DNA from: an uncultured Chitinophaga sp.
GTDB taxonomy: Bacteria > Bacteroidota > Bacteroidia > Chitinophagales > Chitinophagaceae
Direction: 5' to 3'
Length of the DNA stretch: 64,000 nucleotides
Assembly (NCBI GenBank): GCA_964409055.1
Contig: CAYPBW010000001.1
Span: forward strand, 9,354 to 73,353
The notes beneath the pieces were generated by a model, which was not told where the DNA came from, ran no database searches, and was given only the letters and a program-made list of their open reading frames with translations. Positions 10,275-20,454 of the stretch are shown piece after piece (the stretch's first letter is position 1; every line of letters starts with the position of its first letter). The translations under genes and the position numbers were made by a program.

Positions 10275-12665
10275 GTGACTTATACTATACATCATATTGC
10301 CCAAATTATAAAGGCAGATGCCGTAATCGTCAATGACTCGGTCATTGAGAATTTATTACTCGACAGCCGAAAAATATTTGCCCCCGGATCATCACTTTTT
10401 TTTGCTTTACAGGGTCCCCGAAGAGATGGTCACCAGTTTATTGCTGATCTGTATAAAAGAGGAGTAATGAATTTTGTTGTGGACCGGCAATTGGATATTA
10501 ATGAATATCCCGGGGCCAATTTCTTAAAAGTGAATGATTCATTGGAGGCCTTACAATTACTGGCTGCTCATCATCGTCAGCAGTTTTCTATACCTGTCAT
10601 CGGTATTACAGGCAGCAATGGCAAAACAATTGTCAAAGAATGGCTTTACCAATTGTTACACCAGGAGTATACAATTGTCCGCAGCCCCAAAAGTTATAAC
10701 TCACAGATCGGTGTTCCATTGAGTGTATGGCAAATGAATAAGCAGCATACTCTTGCCATTTTTGAAGCCGGAATTTCCCGTCCGGGTGAAATGGAAAAGT
10801 TGCAGAAAATTATTCAGCCCACGATCGGTGTATTGACGAATATAGGGGAAGCACATAGTGAAGGGTTTGCATCATTGCAGGAAAAGGAGGCAGAGAAAAG
10901 AAAGTTGTTCAAAAATGCTGTTTTACCTGAACAATTGCTGGTAAAAGAGATCAAAAGGCAAAGAGGCCATACAATAATCAGAGCTGGTTCAGCTGGGCAG
11001 GAGTATCAACTACAAATACCCTTTGCCGATGACGCATCGGTACAGAATGCCATTACCTGCTGGCAGGTGATGCTTCATTTGGAGTACAGGCAGGAGATCA
11101 TTCAGCAAAGAATGCTTTTACTGACACCAGTCAATATGCGGCTGGAGCTTAAGAAAGGTGTCAATCATTGCTCGATAATTAATGACAGCTACAGCGCTGA
11201 TATCAGTTCACTGGAAATAGCACTGAATTTCCTGGACCAGCAGGCAGGCTCCAATAAAAAAACAGTAATACTTTCGGATTTTTTACAGAGTTCAATTATT
11301 GATGAATTGCTATACCGGCAGATAATGGAGAGCCTTGTAAAACATAAGGTGAACCGTTTGATCGGAATTGGTGATAAGATTACAACGCAACTAAACGCTA
11401 ATTTTCCAAAAGGACACAGTGATATTGATTTTATACTCTTTCGTACGACAGATGAATTTATTCACCAGTTCCGGGCATCTCATTTTAAAGAAGAGGTGAT
11501 ATTGGTAAAGGGAGCCAGGGTATTTGCTTTTGAAAAAATTGTTCAGTTGCTGGAACTGAAAGTTCATCAAACAGTATTAGAAATAAATCTTTCTGCCATA
11601 GTTCATAATCTGAAGGAATACCAGCGCAGGCTTAAACCTTCCACTAAAATAATGGCGATGGTAAAGGCTTTCGCTTATGGAAGCGGTGGGGCTGAGATAG
11701 CAGGTATTTTGCAATATCATAAGGTAGACTATCTTGGCGTTGCATACGCAGATGAAGGTGTTGAGTTAAGAAAAGCTGGAATTACCTTACCAATAATGGT
11801 GATGAACCCGGAAGAGAATGCCTTTGATGCTATTGTGGAATACAATCTTCAGCCGGAGATATATTCTTTTGAGTTATTGCAATCATTTGACCACTTCCTG
11901 CAACAAGAGGGACTACAACAATACCCTGTTCACCTTGAAATTGAAACAGGTATGAACCGCCTGGGTTTTGCTGCAGAGGATACGAAAAAGCTGGCTGATT
12001 ATTTGTTGTCATGCCCGTCTTTCAGGGTTGAAACTGTCTTTTCACACCTTGCAGCAAGTGAAGAAAAAGCTAACGATGAATTTACGTTAACCCAATACTC
12101 GGTTTTTAATAGGGCAACATCGGAGCTGGAACAAAAATTGGGTTATTCTTTTATTAAACATATTGCCAATTCGGCTGCTGCAGTAAGACACCCGGATCTT
12201 CAGCTGGATATGGTAAGACTGGGCATTGGGCTTTATGGTGTTGACAGTGCCGTTTCAGGGTTATTGAATTTACAAACTGTAGCTACATTAAAATCAACTA
12301 TTGCCCAGCTCAAGCATTTGAAAAAAGGAGATACTGTCAGCTACAACAGGAAAGGCAGGGTTGAAAGAGAGGTACTGATCGCCACCATCCGGATGGGATA
12401 TGCTGATGGTTTTCCAAGGAGGTTGGGTAATGGGATTGGAAAAGTGCTGGTCAGGGGAAAATTAGTGCCTGTAATCGGAACGGTTTGTATGGACATGTTC
12501 ATGGCAGATGTGACAGATGTGCCCGGAGTAAAAGAGGGTGATGATGTTCTTATTTTTGGTGAATCCCTGCCGGTGCAATCGGTTGCCCAATGGGCAGAAA
12601 CTATTCCATATGAAATTATGACGGGTATTTCTCAACGGGTTAAGCGGGTTTATTTTGAAGAATAA
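10275..12665 (+). CDS. Bifunctional MurF-like Mur ligase / alanine racemase fusion (796 aa)
   Basis: GTG start. The N-terminal half has the Mur ligase P-loop GITGSNGKT. The C-terminal half has the alanine racemase PLP site (AMVKAFAYGSG) and the C-terminal YEIMTGISQRVKRVY. Confidence 0.85.
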   Translation: MTYTIHHIAQIIKADAVIVNDSVIENLLLDSRKIFAPGSSLFFALQGPRRDGHQFIADLYKRGVMNFVVDRQLDINEYPGANFLKVNDSLEALQLLAAHHRQQFSIPVIGITGSNGKTIVKEWLYQLLHQEYTIVRSPKSYNSQIGVPLSVWQMNKQHTLAIFEAGISRPGEMEKLQKIIQPTIGVLTNIGEAHSEGFASLQEKEAEKRKLFKNAVLPEQLLVKEIKRQRGHTIIRAGSAGQEYQLQIPFADDASVQNAITCWQVMLHLEYRQEIIQQRMLLLTPVNMRLELKKGVNHCSIINDSYSADISSLEIALNFLDQQAGSNKKTVILSDFLQSSIIDELLYRQIMESLVKHKVNRLIGIGDKITTQLNANFPKGHSDIDFILFRTTDEFIHQFRASHFKEEVILVKGARVFAFEKIVQLLELKVHQTVLEINLSAIVHNLKEYQRRLKPSTKIMAMVKAFAYGSGGAEIAGILQYHKVDYLGVAYADEGVELRKAGITLPIMVMNPEENAFDAIVEYNLQPEIYSFELLQSFDHFLQQEGLQQYPVHLEIETGMNRLGFAAEDTKKLADYLLSCPSFRVETVFSHLAASEEKANDEFTLTQYSVFNRATSELEQKLGYSFIKHIANSAAAVRHPDLQLDMVRLGIGLYGVDSAVSGLLNLQTVATLKSTIAQLKHLKKGDTVSYNRKGRVEREVLIATIRMGYADGFPRRLGNGIGKVLVRGKLVPVIGTVCMDMFMADVTDVPGVKEGDDVLIFGESLPVQSVAQWAETIPYEIMTGISQRVKRVYFEE

Positions 12666-12735
12666 GAGGCTTTTGTTCACTTTTCTATTATGATTTCTTT
12701 CACCGGGTCACTTTATCCGCTCACCTCAATCTTCT

Positions 12736-12743
12736 TATATTTG
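12736..12743 (+). promoter_or_regulatory. -7 promoter element upstream of lspA
   Basis: TATATTTG lies 9 nt before ATG 12752. Confidence 0.4.
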
Positions 12744-12751
12744 TTGCTATT

Positions 12752-13462
12752 ATGAAGACGCTTAAGCTACGGCATGTAATACTGCTTATCAGCCTTATCA
12801 TTTTTGTTGACCAGGCATTGAAGATTTGGATCAAAACATCTCATCCAACAGGAGAAGTATTACGGGTATTTGGTATGGACTGGTTTCGTCTTCATTTTAT
12901 CGAAAACCCGGGCATGGCCTGGGGCTGGAAATTTGGTAACGAAACAGGGAAAATGATTCTTACTTTGTTCCGACTGGCTGCAGTAATATTTGGAACATGG
13001 TATCTTGGGAAAATCGTAAAACAGCAATACAGTCGTGGATTCGTTATATGTGCCGGTTTGATCTATGCAGGAGCATTGGGTAATCTTATTGACAGCATGT
13101 TTTATGGGATGATCTTTGACAAAGGCCTTCATTATGATGCTGCTATTAATGAATACGTAAGTTACTCAGGTATTGCTGAGTTTTCTTCAGGGGGCTATTC
13201 ATCATTCTTGCACGGAAGTGTGGTGGATATGCTTTACTTTCCAATAATTAAGTCAAATTTTCCATCCTGGATGCCTTTTGTAGGGGGACAGGATTTTGAA
13301 TTTTTTAGCCCGATTTTCAATATAGCAGATGCTTCTATTTCTATTGGTGTTATAACATTATTGATCTTTCAGAAAAGATTTTTCAAGAAGCATACGGCTG
13401 ATGACGTACATTCAACCGTTGAAACTAATACCGATGTAAGTGATAAGGTACAGGTTTCGTAG
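12752..13462 (+). CDS. lspA: Lipoprotein signal peptidase (signal peptidase II)
   Basis: 236 aa, multi-TM, with NPGMAWG and FNIADASI (catalytic Asp contexts). Confidence 0.85.
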   Translation: MKTLKLRHVILLISLIIFVDQALKIWIKTSHPTGEVLRVFGMDWFRLHFIENPGMAWGWKFGNETGKMILTLFRLAAVIFGTWYLGKIVKQQYSRGFVICAGLIYAGALGNLIDSMFYGMIFDKGLHYDAAINEYVSYSGIAEFSSGGYSSFLHGSVVDMLYFPIIKSNFPSWMPFVGGQDFEFFSPIFNIADASISIGVITLLIFQKRFFKKHTADDVHSTVETNTDVSDKVQVS

Positions 13463-13476
13463 TTTCCTTTACCCTC

Positions 13477-15765
13477 TTACTGTTTTATAACTTTCTTTTG
13501 CAAAACAGTGCTCCCGGCTACAACTCTTAAGTAATATATGCCGGGTTGCAGTTTTTCGGTATCCTCAATACTAAGGTTATTGATCCCGTTTGAAAGTAAA
13601 AATACCTTTTGCTTCACAATTCTGCCAGCCTGGTCAATCAGCATTGTTTCGGCTCTTTCTTGCGCAGCCGCACTAAGTTCAAAATCAAGTTTGTACTTAA
13701 ACGGGTTTATGACAGAAACAAAAGAACAATGATCTGCAATATTAGATACCTGGATAGTTCTTGAATAAACGGATTGAGTATTATTTCTCATCCGGATCCT
13801 GTAATAAATCTTACCGCTTACGGGTGCAGGATCAGTAAACGAATAATAGCTGTATTCAGAGGAATAATCGTTGTGACCGTTTATGGTGCTGATAACTGTA
13901 TAATTACTTCCGTTGATACTTTTTTCAATATCAAATAGTACTGGTTCATCTTCACCGGTGGTGGTCCATTGTAAATCTGTGCGTTGCTGGGAATTTAGAT
14001 TTCCACTAAAAGAAAGCAGTCGTGCATGTAAGGGTATGCCACATTCAATGACACTTACGGTAATGGTGAGTGCATCACTAAAACTACAATTCTCGTTAGA
14101 AAGATTTGAAACTGTAGTAGCAACCACCAGCCTGTACATATCACCATTGTTGGACATTTGTGTTTGGGAAACGGGTATGGTATAATTAGCAACATATTCC
14201 CAGGCGGTACCATTCCATACAGGTACACCAGTTCCCGTTGCACCGGGTATATCGTTCCAGGTGGCGCCACCGTCTGTGCTGCGTTGCCATTTATACTCGG
14301 TGTAGTTATTAAAATAAGAGCGGATCGTATCCGTAAGCACCAATACATTACTGTCACAAACTATTGGATTATTCATCGGTCCATATTTCATATCCGGGGA
14401 ACAGGTAGCCACCGTGATATCGTCCAATGCCCAGTCATTGCCGCCGCCTCCCGGGGCATTGTTGAAGTATTTTAGGGTAAAGCTTGTCTGCGCCGGGCCA
14501 GTGAGAAAGGTAAATCCTTTTTTTACCCATTGCCCTGAGTAGAGCAGGTCGCCGGTAGTATAATAGTCAACACCATCAATTTCGAAAGTAATATTTGGAC
14601 GAACTCCTGATGAATCTCCTGTTGCTGTTGGTATATAGTAAGGCGGCCCAGCAGAGCTTGTAGCGCCTCTTCCATTCGAATCACAACCACATTTGGAGCA
14701 AATGTTTCGCATCCAGCAGGAGATTTCATAATAGGTATTTGGACAAAGCCCGGATATTGTTTGTTGAAATGCAGAATCGATTCTGTAAGCGGCATTGATC
14801 ACCAGCATATAGCCTGCATTGGGATTGGCCACTGTGTCGGCAGGAGGGTTGCCAGTATATGGGTCTGATGCACCTGTGTGGTCACCAATGATATCCCACA
14901 CATTAAATACCCTGTGAGTTGGTGACGAGTTATCTGGTTTTGCCCATGTATTTACTGTTGTATAATTTACACGGGTAGAAGTGTTATTAGCGACTCCATA
15001 ATAATAATCCTGTGGGGAGTTGGTGTTGAAAATATTGTATGTATAGCCTGTAGGTACATTAGCTGAAGTTCCCCTGTTTCGTGGCTGACCGCTTCCAAAT
15101 GTACCATTGAATTCAGTACCTATTGCGTTAGTACCAATGGTATTTGCACAAATGCCGTAGTTAGGATATACTCTCACTATATTGGAAGGGAAAGTATATG
15201 TTTGAATCGGGTTAGCTCCGTTTTTGTAAGTAATTGTTCCCCCGCCGGTACTGATATTTGATCCTGTAAGAGCAGTGACTACCACTCTGAAAGAGGCGAT
15301 CATTATACAGGTGCTGCTGTAAAAGGAAGGTTTGTGTGTGTTAGCCACCCGTCCTCTTCTGAAGGCTGTTGCAGGTGCTGCTGATGGGTTAAAGCCGAGG
15401 TGTATTGTTACTTGTGTTCCTGTTATCCAGCCGGGGTCATCACCGTAGCCATCGGTAAGCTGTTTGTATACTTTTCCCTCGTTAGTCAACACTCTGATCG
15501 TTCCCGGAATGAATGTGGTACCTGCTGGCACATTATCCCTGTAACGGCAGCTATCGTATGTACCGGAACGGACAACAAATGAAGCTCTTATTTCAAGAGT
15601 ATCGCCTGTTTCAAGAGTGCCGCCATTCAATCCCTTTGTAACATTGATATAGCTTTTACCAAAGTCTACCGTTTGTGCATAACAGTATCCTGAGCTTATT
15701 ATAATTAATATAATAAGTGTAAGAAAGCAAAAAAAGGGAAAAGTATAGGGTACACTTCTTTTCAT
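13477..15765 (-). CDS. Secreted T9SS cargo protein with C-terminal sorting domain (762 aa)
   Basis: ATG (cat 15763-15765) gives MKRSVPY... plus a signal peptide. The N-terminal part looks like a DUF11-type repeat, the middle like a lectin/CBM segment, and the C-terminal about 80 aa (…GIYYLRVVAGSTVLQKKVIKQ) is a typical Por_Secre_tail. Confidence 0.75.
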   Translation of the reverse strand: MKRSVPYTFPFFCFLTLIILIIISSGYCYAQTVDFGKSYINVTKGLNGGTLETGDTLEIRASFVVRSGTYDSCRYRDNVPAGTTFIPGTIRVLTNEGKVYKQLTDGYGDDPGWITGTQVTIHLGFNPSAAPATAFRRGRVANTHKPSFYSSTCIMIASFRVVVTALTGSNISTGGGTITYKNGANPIQTYTFPSNIVRVYPNYGICANTIGTNAIGTEFNGTFGSGQPRNRGTSANVPTGYTYNIFNTNSPQDYYYGVANNTSTRVNYTTVNTWAKPDNSSPTHRVFNVWDIIGDHTGASDPYTGNPPADTVANPNAGYMLVINAAYRIDSAFQQTISGLCPNTYYEISCWMRNICSKCGCDSNGRGATSSAGPPYYIPTATGDSSGVRPNITFEIDGVDYYTTGDLLYSGQWVKKGFTFLTGPAQTSFTLKYFNNAPGGGGNDWALDDITVATCSPDMKYGPMNNPIVCDSNVLVLTDTIRSYFNNYTEYKWQRSTDGGATWNDIPGATGTGVPVWNGTAWEYVANYTIPVSQTQMSNNGDMYRLVVATTVSNLSNENCSFSDALTITVSVIECGIPLHARLLSFSGNLNSQQRTDLQWTTTGEDEPVLFDIEKSINGSNYTVISTINGHNDYSSEYSYYSFTDPAPVSGKIYYRIRMRNNTQSVYSRTIQVSNIADHCSFVSVINPFKYKLDFELSAAAQERAETMLIDQAGRIVKQKVFLLSNGINNLSIEDTEKLQPGIYYLRVVAGSTVLQKKVIKQ

Positions 15766-15982
15766 GGATCGGATTTTCTTTGCACAGTGTCTGACTCTGA
15801 GTATTAAAAATAGATTAATCTGCATTGCAATACAATAGGACTTTCTACTTAAATACGTAAAAAAATACCCGTGGTTTTTACAAAGTAATTTTTTATTGGC
15901 CTTTCTAAGAGTAAACCATTGATTGATGTATCGTAAATGAACGATTGGTCAATCGTAAATTAAGAAGTGTATATAAAGCAAA

Positions 15983-16002
15983 GTCCCGGCAATTGCCGGG
16001 AC
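15983..16002 (-). terminator. Hairpin terminator downstream of the fumC / small-ORF unit
   Basis: gtcccggc-aatt-gccgggac forms a perfect 8-bp stem flanked by A/T runs on both sides. Confidence 0.5.
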
Positions 16003-16035
16003 ATTTGTTTTTGTGGTTATGCTCAAGGGTTACGG

Positions 16036-16296
16036 TTATTCGTAATTATTGAACCACTCTTTTTCAGTTAATTCAACATCTGTTGGTAATGTACTGACAA
16101 GAGGCCTGACTGAACTGATGAATTTGTCCCGAATTCTTCTTAGCGAATACACCCTCGAGGGTGCTGATTTAGGCGAAAGTATTGATCTTAGATACGGCGT
16201 CTGGTAATTATCTTCTGCAGATGCTGCGGGTTCAGTTTGTACTGCTTTGAGTGGATTGGCCAGGAAAAAGAGTGATGGATAGGCTGCATTTTTCAT
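16036..16296 (-). CDS. Hypothetical small protein (86 aa)
   Basis: ORF downstream of fumC. The ATG at 16296 is preferred over the TTG at 16374. No recognisable motif, and it could be non-coding. Confidence 0.3.
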   Translation of the reverse strand: MKNAAYPSLFFLANPLKAVQTEPAASAEDNYQTPYLRSILSPKSAPSRVYSLRRIRDKFISSVRPLVSTLPTDVELTEKEWFNNYE

Positions 16297-16448
16297 AGTC
16301 AGGGATTTACTGGTTTTTATGAGTATTGGGTTTATACTACTGTTAAGGTAGTGAGTTAATTTTTGTTTTGCCAAAACAATATGAACAAAAAAAGAGAAGA
16401 ATGCTGAATTCTTCTCTTTTTACGATAGGAGTTTTACGATATTTATTT

Positions 16449-17846
16449 CTACAGTTTGCCTACCATATTGGCAGGAATTACCCATTGGTCAAACTGCTCA
16501 GGCGTAATATAGCCCAATTTTACTGCCATTTCCTTAAGTGTAGTTCCTTCTTTATGCGCTTTTTGTGCTATTTCTGCTGCTTTATAGTACCCAATCTTTG
16601 TATTCAATGCCGTTACAAGCATCAGGCTGTTATCAACATGTTTTTTAATGTTGGCTTCAATGGGTTTGATGCCAACAGCACATTTGTCGTTGAAGGAAAC
16701 ACATCCGTCTCCGATAAGCCTGGCACTGTGCAGAAAATTATAGATCATTACTGGTTTGAAAACATTCAATTCAAAATGACCTGTAGCTCCGCCAATGTTG
16801 ATTGCAACATCATTACCCATTACCTGTGCTGCAATCATGGTCAATGCTTCACACTGTGTGGGATTTACTTTGCCGGGCATAATAGATGATCCCGGTTCAT
16901 TATCCGGGATAAATATTTCACCTATACCACTCCTGGGCCCGGATGAAAGCATACGGATATCGTTGGCAATTTTCATCAGGCTTACCGCTACTGTTTTCAG
17001 AGCGCCATGTGCTTCTACAATGGCATCATGAGCTGCCAGTGCTTCAAATTTATTTTCAGCCGTTATAAATGGCAGACCAGTTAGCTTCGCAATATGTTTC
17101 GCTACATTTTCAGCATAGTTGGGTGGTGTATTGATGCCAGTACCAACAGCAGTACCACCCAGGGCCAGTTCACTAAGGTGTGCCAATGAGTTTTTAATTG
17201 CTTTCAATCCATGATCTAATTGTGATACATAGCCGCTGAATTCCTGGCCAAGGGTCAAAGGAGTGGCATCCATAAAGTGGGTGCGTCCTATTTTTACCAC
17301 ATGCATGTACTGCTTGCTCTTTTTGGCCAATGTATCTCTCAGTTTTTTGATACCGGGAATAGTTGTTTCTACCAGTATTTTATAGGCTGCTATGTGCATA
17401 GCAGTAGGAAAAGTATCGTTGGATGACTGTGATTTGTTAACGTCATCATTTGGGTGAAGGAACTTTTCTTTATCCGTAAGGTTACCACCTTTCAGAACAT
17501 GGCCACGATAAGCGATCACTTCATTTACGTTCATATTGCTTTGTGTGCCGCTTCCGGTTTGCCACACTACCAGCGGGAAGTAATCATCCAGTTTGCTTTT
17601 CAATATTTCATCACACACTTTTCCGATTAATGTTGCCTTGTTTTTGGGAAGCACACCGGCTTCAAGATTTGTTATGGCAGCTGCTTTTTTCAGATAGGCA
17701 AATGCCTGAATGATTTCTTTAGGCATCCTGTTGATATCCTGGGCGATCTTAAAATTATCAATACTTCGTTGGGTTTGGGCGCCATAGTAAGCATTAGCCG
17801 GTACTTTTACTTCGCCCATCGTATCTTTTTCAATCCTGTATTCCAT
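16449..17846 (-). CDS. fumC: Class II fumarate hydratase
   Basis: 465 aa with the [15 protein letters not shown] signature. Confidence 0.95.
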   Translation of the reverse strand: MEYRIEKDTMGEVKVPANAYYGAQTQRSIDNFKIAQDINRMPKEIIQAFAYLKKAAAITNLEAGVLPKNKATLIGKVCDEILKSKLDDYFPLVVWQTGSGTQSNMNVNEVIAYRGHVLKGGNLTDKEKFLHPNDDVNKSQSSNDTFPTAMHIAAYKILVETTIPGIKKLRDTLAKKSKQYMHVVKIGRTHFMDATPLTLGQEFSGYVSQLDHGLKAIKNSLAHLSELALGGTAVGTGINTPPNYAENVAKHIAKLTGLPFITAENKFEALAAHDAIVEAHGALKTVAVSLMKIANDIRMLSSGPRSGIGEIFIPDNEPGSSIMPGKVNPTQCEALTMIAAQVMGNDVAINIGGATGHFELNVFKPVMIYNFLHSARLIGDGCVSFNDKCAVGIKPIEANIKKHVDNSLMLVTALNTKIGYYKAAEIAQKAHKEGTTLKEMAVKLGYITPEQFDQWVIPANMVGKL

Positions 17847-17939
17847 AGCAGAGAGGGTTTTTTAATGTCCCGCAAAGGTAGGCCAATCAGTAAATCAGTC
17901 ACCTGATTTTTGATAAGAAAAGAGTGCTAATTTGCCCCA

Positions 17940-19034
17940 ATGAAATCAGTATACTTCCTCCTTTTGCTTCTTCTGTCTATTGGTGGCAGCTCTCAGCAAC
18001 AAACCAGGAATATCATTATCATTACAACGGATGGATTACGCTGGCAGGAAGTTTTCCGGGGAATGGACACGGCAATTGCCAATAAGTCCAAGTATTACGA
18101 GGGAGACAGTGCTTATATCTATTCATCCTATTGGTCTGCTGATGAGAGGGAGAGAAGAAAAAAAATGTTGCCTTTTCTTTGGAGTAGCATCGCATCTAAA
18201 GGACAACTATTCGGGAACAGGACTTTAGGCAGCAAAGTGGATAATGCCAATCCTTATTGGTTCAGCTATCCCGGGTACAGCGAAATATTTACCGGCTATG
18301 CTGATACAGCCATCAATAGCAACAGCTATCCTGCTAATCCACATGTTACTGTATTGGAGTTTTTGAATAATCAGCCTTTGCTGAAGGGCAAAGTAGCCGC
18401 CTTTGGTGCCTGGAATGCATTTGACAGAATTTTAAATGAGGAAAGAAGCAAGATACCGGTGGTCTGCGGTTTTGATTTAACCGGTGGTAAGTCACCTACA
18501 GCAAATGAAAAGCTGATCAACCGGATGCTTAAAGATTCATACAAGCCCTGGCTGGAGGATGAATGCCTGGATATGTTTACTCACCATGCGGCCATGGAAT
18601 GGCTTAAAACAAGAAAACCCCGGGTACTTTATATAGGTTATGGAGAAACAGACGAATGGGCCCATGCAGGCCGTTACCGGTCTTACCTTGATGCCGCCAG
18701 GCAGGTTGATGCATGGATAAAAGAGATATGGGACTTTGTACAAAAAGACCCGCAATACAAGGATAAAACAACCTTATTTATTACAACCGATCATGGCAGG
18801 GGAGATATTAAGAAGGAGGAATGGACAAGTCACGGAAGCAGCATAGAGGGCTCTAATGAAATTTGGTTTGCAGTATTGGGGCCTGATACACCAGAAAGAG
18901 GAGAGCTTAATACTTCAATGCAACTTTACCAGCAACAATTTGCACAAACAATCGCTAACCTGTTGGGATATACTTATAAAGCAAAGCACTCTATTGCTGA
19001 TGCCATTCTTTACGTTTTCAAAATGAAGAAATGA
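17940..19034 (+). CDS. Alkaline-phosphatase superfamily metalloenzyme (type I phosphodiesterase/NPP-like), secreted
   Basis: Signal peptide, ITTDGLRWQE near the N-terminus and ITTDHGRG near the C-terminus (metal-ligand blocks of the AP superfamily). Confidence 0.6.
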   Translation: MKSVYFLLLLLLSIGGSSQQQTRNIIIITTDGLRWQEVFRGMDTAIANKSKYYEGDSAYIYSSYWSADERERRKKMLPFLWSSIASKGQLFGNRTLGSKVDNANPYWFSYPGYSEIFTGYADTAINSNSYPANPHVTVLEFLNNQPLLKGKVAAFGAWNAFDRILNEERSKIPVVCGFDLTGGKSPTANEKLINRMLKDSYKPWLEDECLDMFTHHAAMEWLKTRKPRVLYIGYGETDEWAHAGRYRSYLDAARQVDAWIKEIWDFVQKDPQYKDKTTLFITTDHGRGDIKKEEWTSHGSSIEGSNEIWFAVLGPDTPERGELNTSMQLYQQQFAQTIANLLGYTYKAKHSIADAILYVFKMKK

Positions 19035-20449
19035 GAAAATTTTTTCTGTTCCTTTTTCTTTTTGTCTCAATTTTTGTATCTGCCCAGAAAACTGAAACCC
19101 CGCCATTGCCTACAAAAGCCCAGTTGGCATGGCATGAAAATGAGTTTTATTTATTCATGCATTTTGGCCCCAATACATTCACCGGCAAAGAATGGGGCGA
19201 AGGAAATGAGCCGGAAGATATTTTCAACCCTGCTGAATTGGATTGCAGGCAGTGGTGCCGTATAGCAAAGGCAGCGGGTGCAAAAGGAATTATCATTACA
19301 GCAAAACATCATGATGGATTTTGCCTTTGGCCAAGTAAATATTCAAAACATACAGTAAGAGAAAGCAAATGGAAAGAAGGGAAGGGTGATGTATTGAAAG
19401 AGCTTTCACAGGCTTGCCGGGAATTTGGGTTGAAGTTTGGTGTTTATATTTCTCCGTGGGACAGGAACCATCCTGATTATGGAACAGAAAAATATAATGA
19501 TGTATTTGTGGGTATGATGAGAGAAATATTCCAAAACTATGGACCCATATGGGAGTTATGGTGGGATGGAGCAAATGGTGAAGGTCCAAACGGTAAAAGG
19601 CAGGAGTATGACTGGAGAAGATATGAGAATACGGTCAGACAACTTTCTCCTAAAACAGTTGTGTTCAGCGATATTGGCCCTGATATTCGCTGGGTGGGCA
19701 ATGAAAATGGATTTGTGGGTGACCCCAACTGGAATTTTTTAGATACAGCTGGTTATAAACGGGGCATTGGAGCTCCTGCGAATGATACTCTTAATCATGG
19801 AAATTATTATGGCAAGTACTGGATTCCGGCGGAATGTGATGTGAGTATCCGGCCGGGTTGGTTTTACAGGGAAGCAGAGGATAATAAAGTGAAGTCACCA
19901 CAAAAATTGTTTGATATATACCTGAAATCGGTTGGTCGTGGTGCCAACCTGTTATTGAATGTACCACCAGACAAAAGGGGGCTGATTCATGAAGCAGACT
20001 CTGCTGCATTAATGCAATTCAGAAAATTACGGGATGAAAATTTTGCTACCAACTTATTGAAGGATGCAGATAGCTATTATGAGTTTAGCCAAAAAGATCT
20101 TTACAATAGACCCCTACTGCTGAGAGGATTTGATACCACTTCTGCTTACTATGGTATTAATCTGCAGAACTTCATTGTACAACTATCGCAACCGGTAAAA
20201 GCAAATTGTATCGTTCTGCGGGAGGCAATACACTTAGGACAAAGCATACGCCGGTTCAGCATTGTCTTGTATTCGAACGATAAGCCAATCGGTGAAGTAC
20301 AGGGAACCAGTGTAGGCAGAAAGCGAATTGTTACTTTCCCTGTTACTACCATTACTTCGTTCCGTGTTTACCTGGAAGATGCGCAGGGAAATGACAATAT
20401 CACCGGTATTGCCGCTTATCTTATCGATGAGAATCTGGTGGAAAAGTAA
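19031..20449 (+). CDS. Alpha-L-fucosidase (GH29) with C-terminal F5/8-type-C-like domain
   Basis: Signal peptide, FMHFGPNTF and ITAKHHDGFCLWPS blocks. ATGA overlap with the upstream gene. Confidence 0.85.
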   Translation: MRKFFLFLFLFVSIFVSAQKTETPPLPTKAQLAWHENEFYLFMHFGPNTFTGKEWGEGNEPEDIFNPAELDCRQWCRIAKAAGAKGIIITAKHHDGFCLWPSKYSKHTVRESKWKEGKGDVLKELSQACREFGLKFGVYISPWDRNHPDYGTEKYNDVFVGMMREIFQNYGPIWELWWDGANGEGPNGKRQEYDWRRYENTVRQLSPKTVVFSDIGPDIRWVGNENGFVGDPNWNFLDTAGYKRGIGAPANDTLNHGNYYGKYWIPAECDVSIRPGWFYREAEDNKVKSPQKLFDIYLKSVGRGANLLLNVPPDKRGLIHEADSAALMQFRKLRDENFATNLLKDADSYYEFSQKDLYNRPLLLRGFDTTSAYYGINLQNFIVQLSQPVKANCIVLREAIHLGQSIRRFSIVLYSNDKPIGEVQGTSVGRKRIVTFPVTTITSFRVYLEDAQGNDNITGIAAYLIDENLVEK

Positions 20450-20454
20450 CCGGT

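Noticed and set aside
16368-16889. Long antisense or alternative-frame ORFs inside confident genes. Examples are 16368-16889 opposite fumC, 4603-5193 opposite iscS, 8074-8496 opposite gldG, and 23226-24139 opposite gltX.
   Set aside because: They lie fully within strongly supported genes on the other strand, have biased low-complexity translations and contain no recognisable motifs. I treat them as shadow ORFs.
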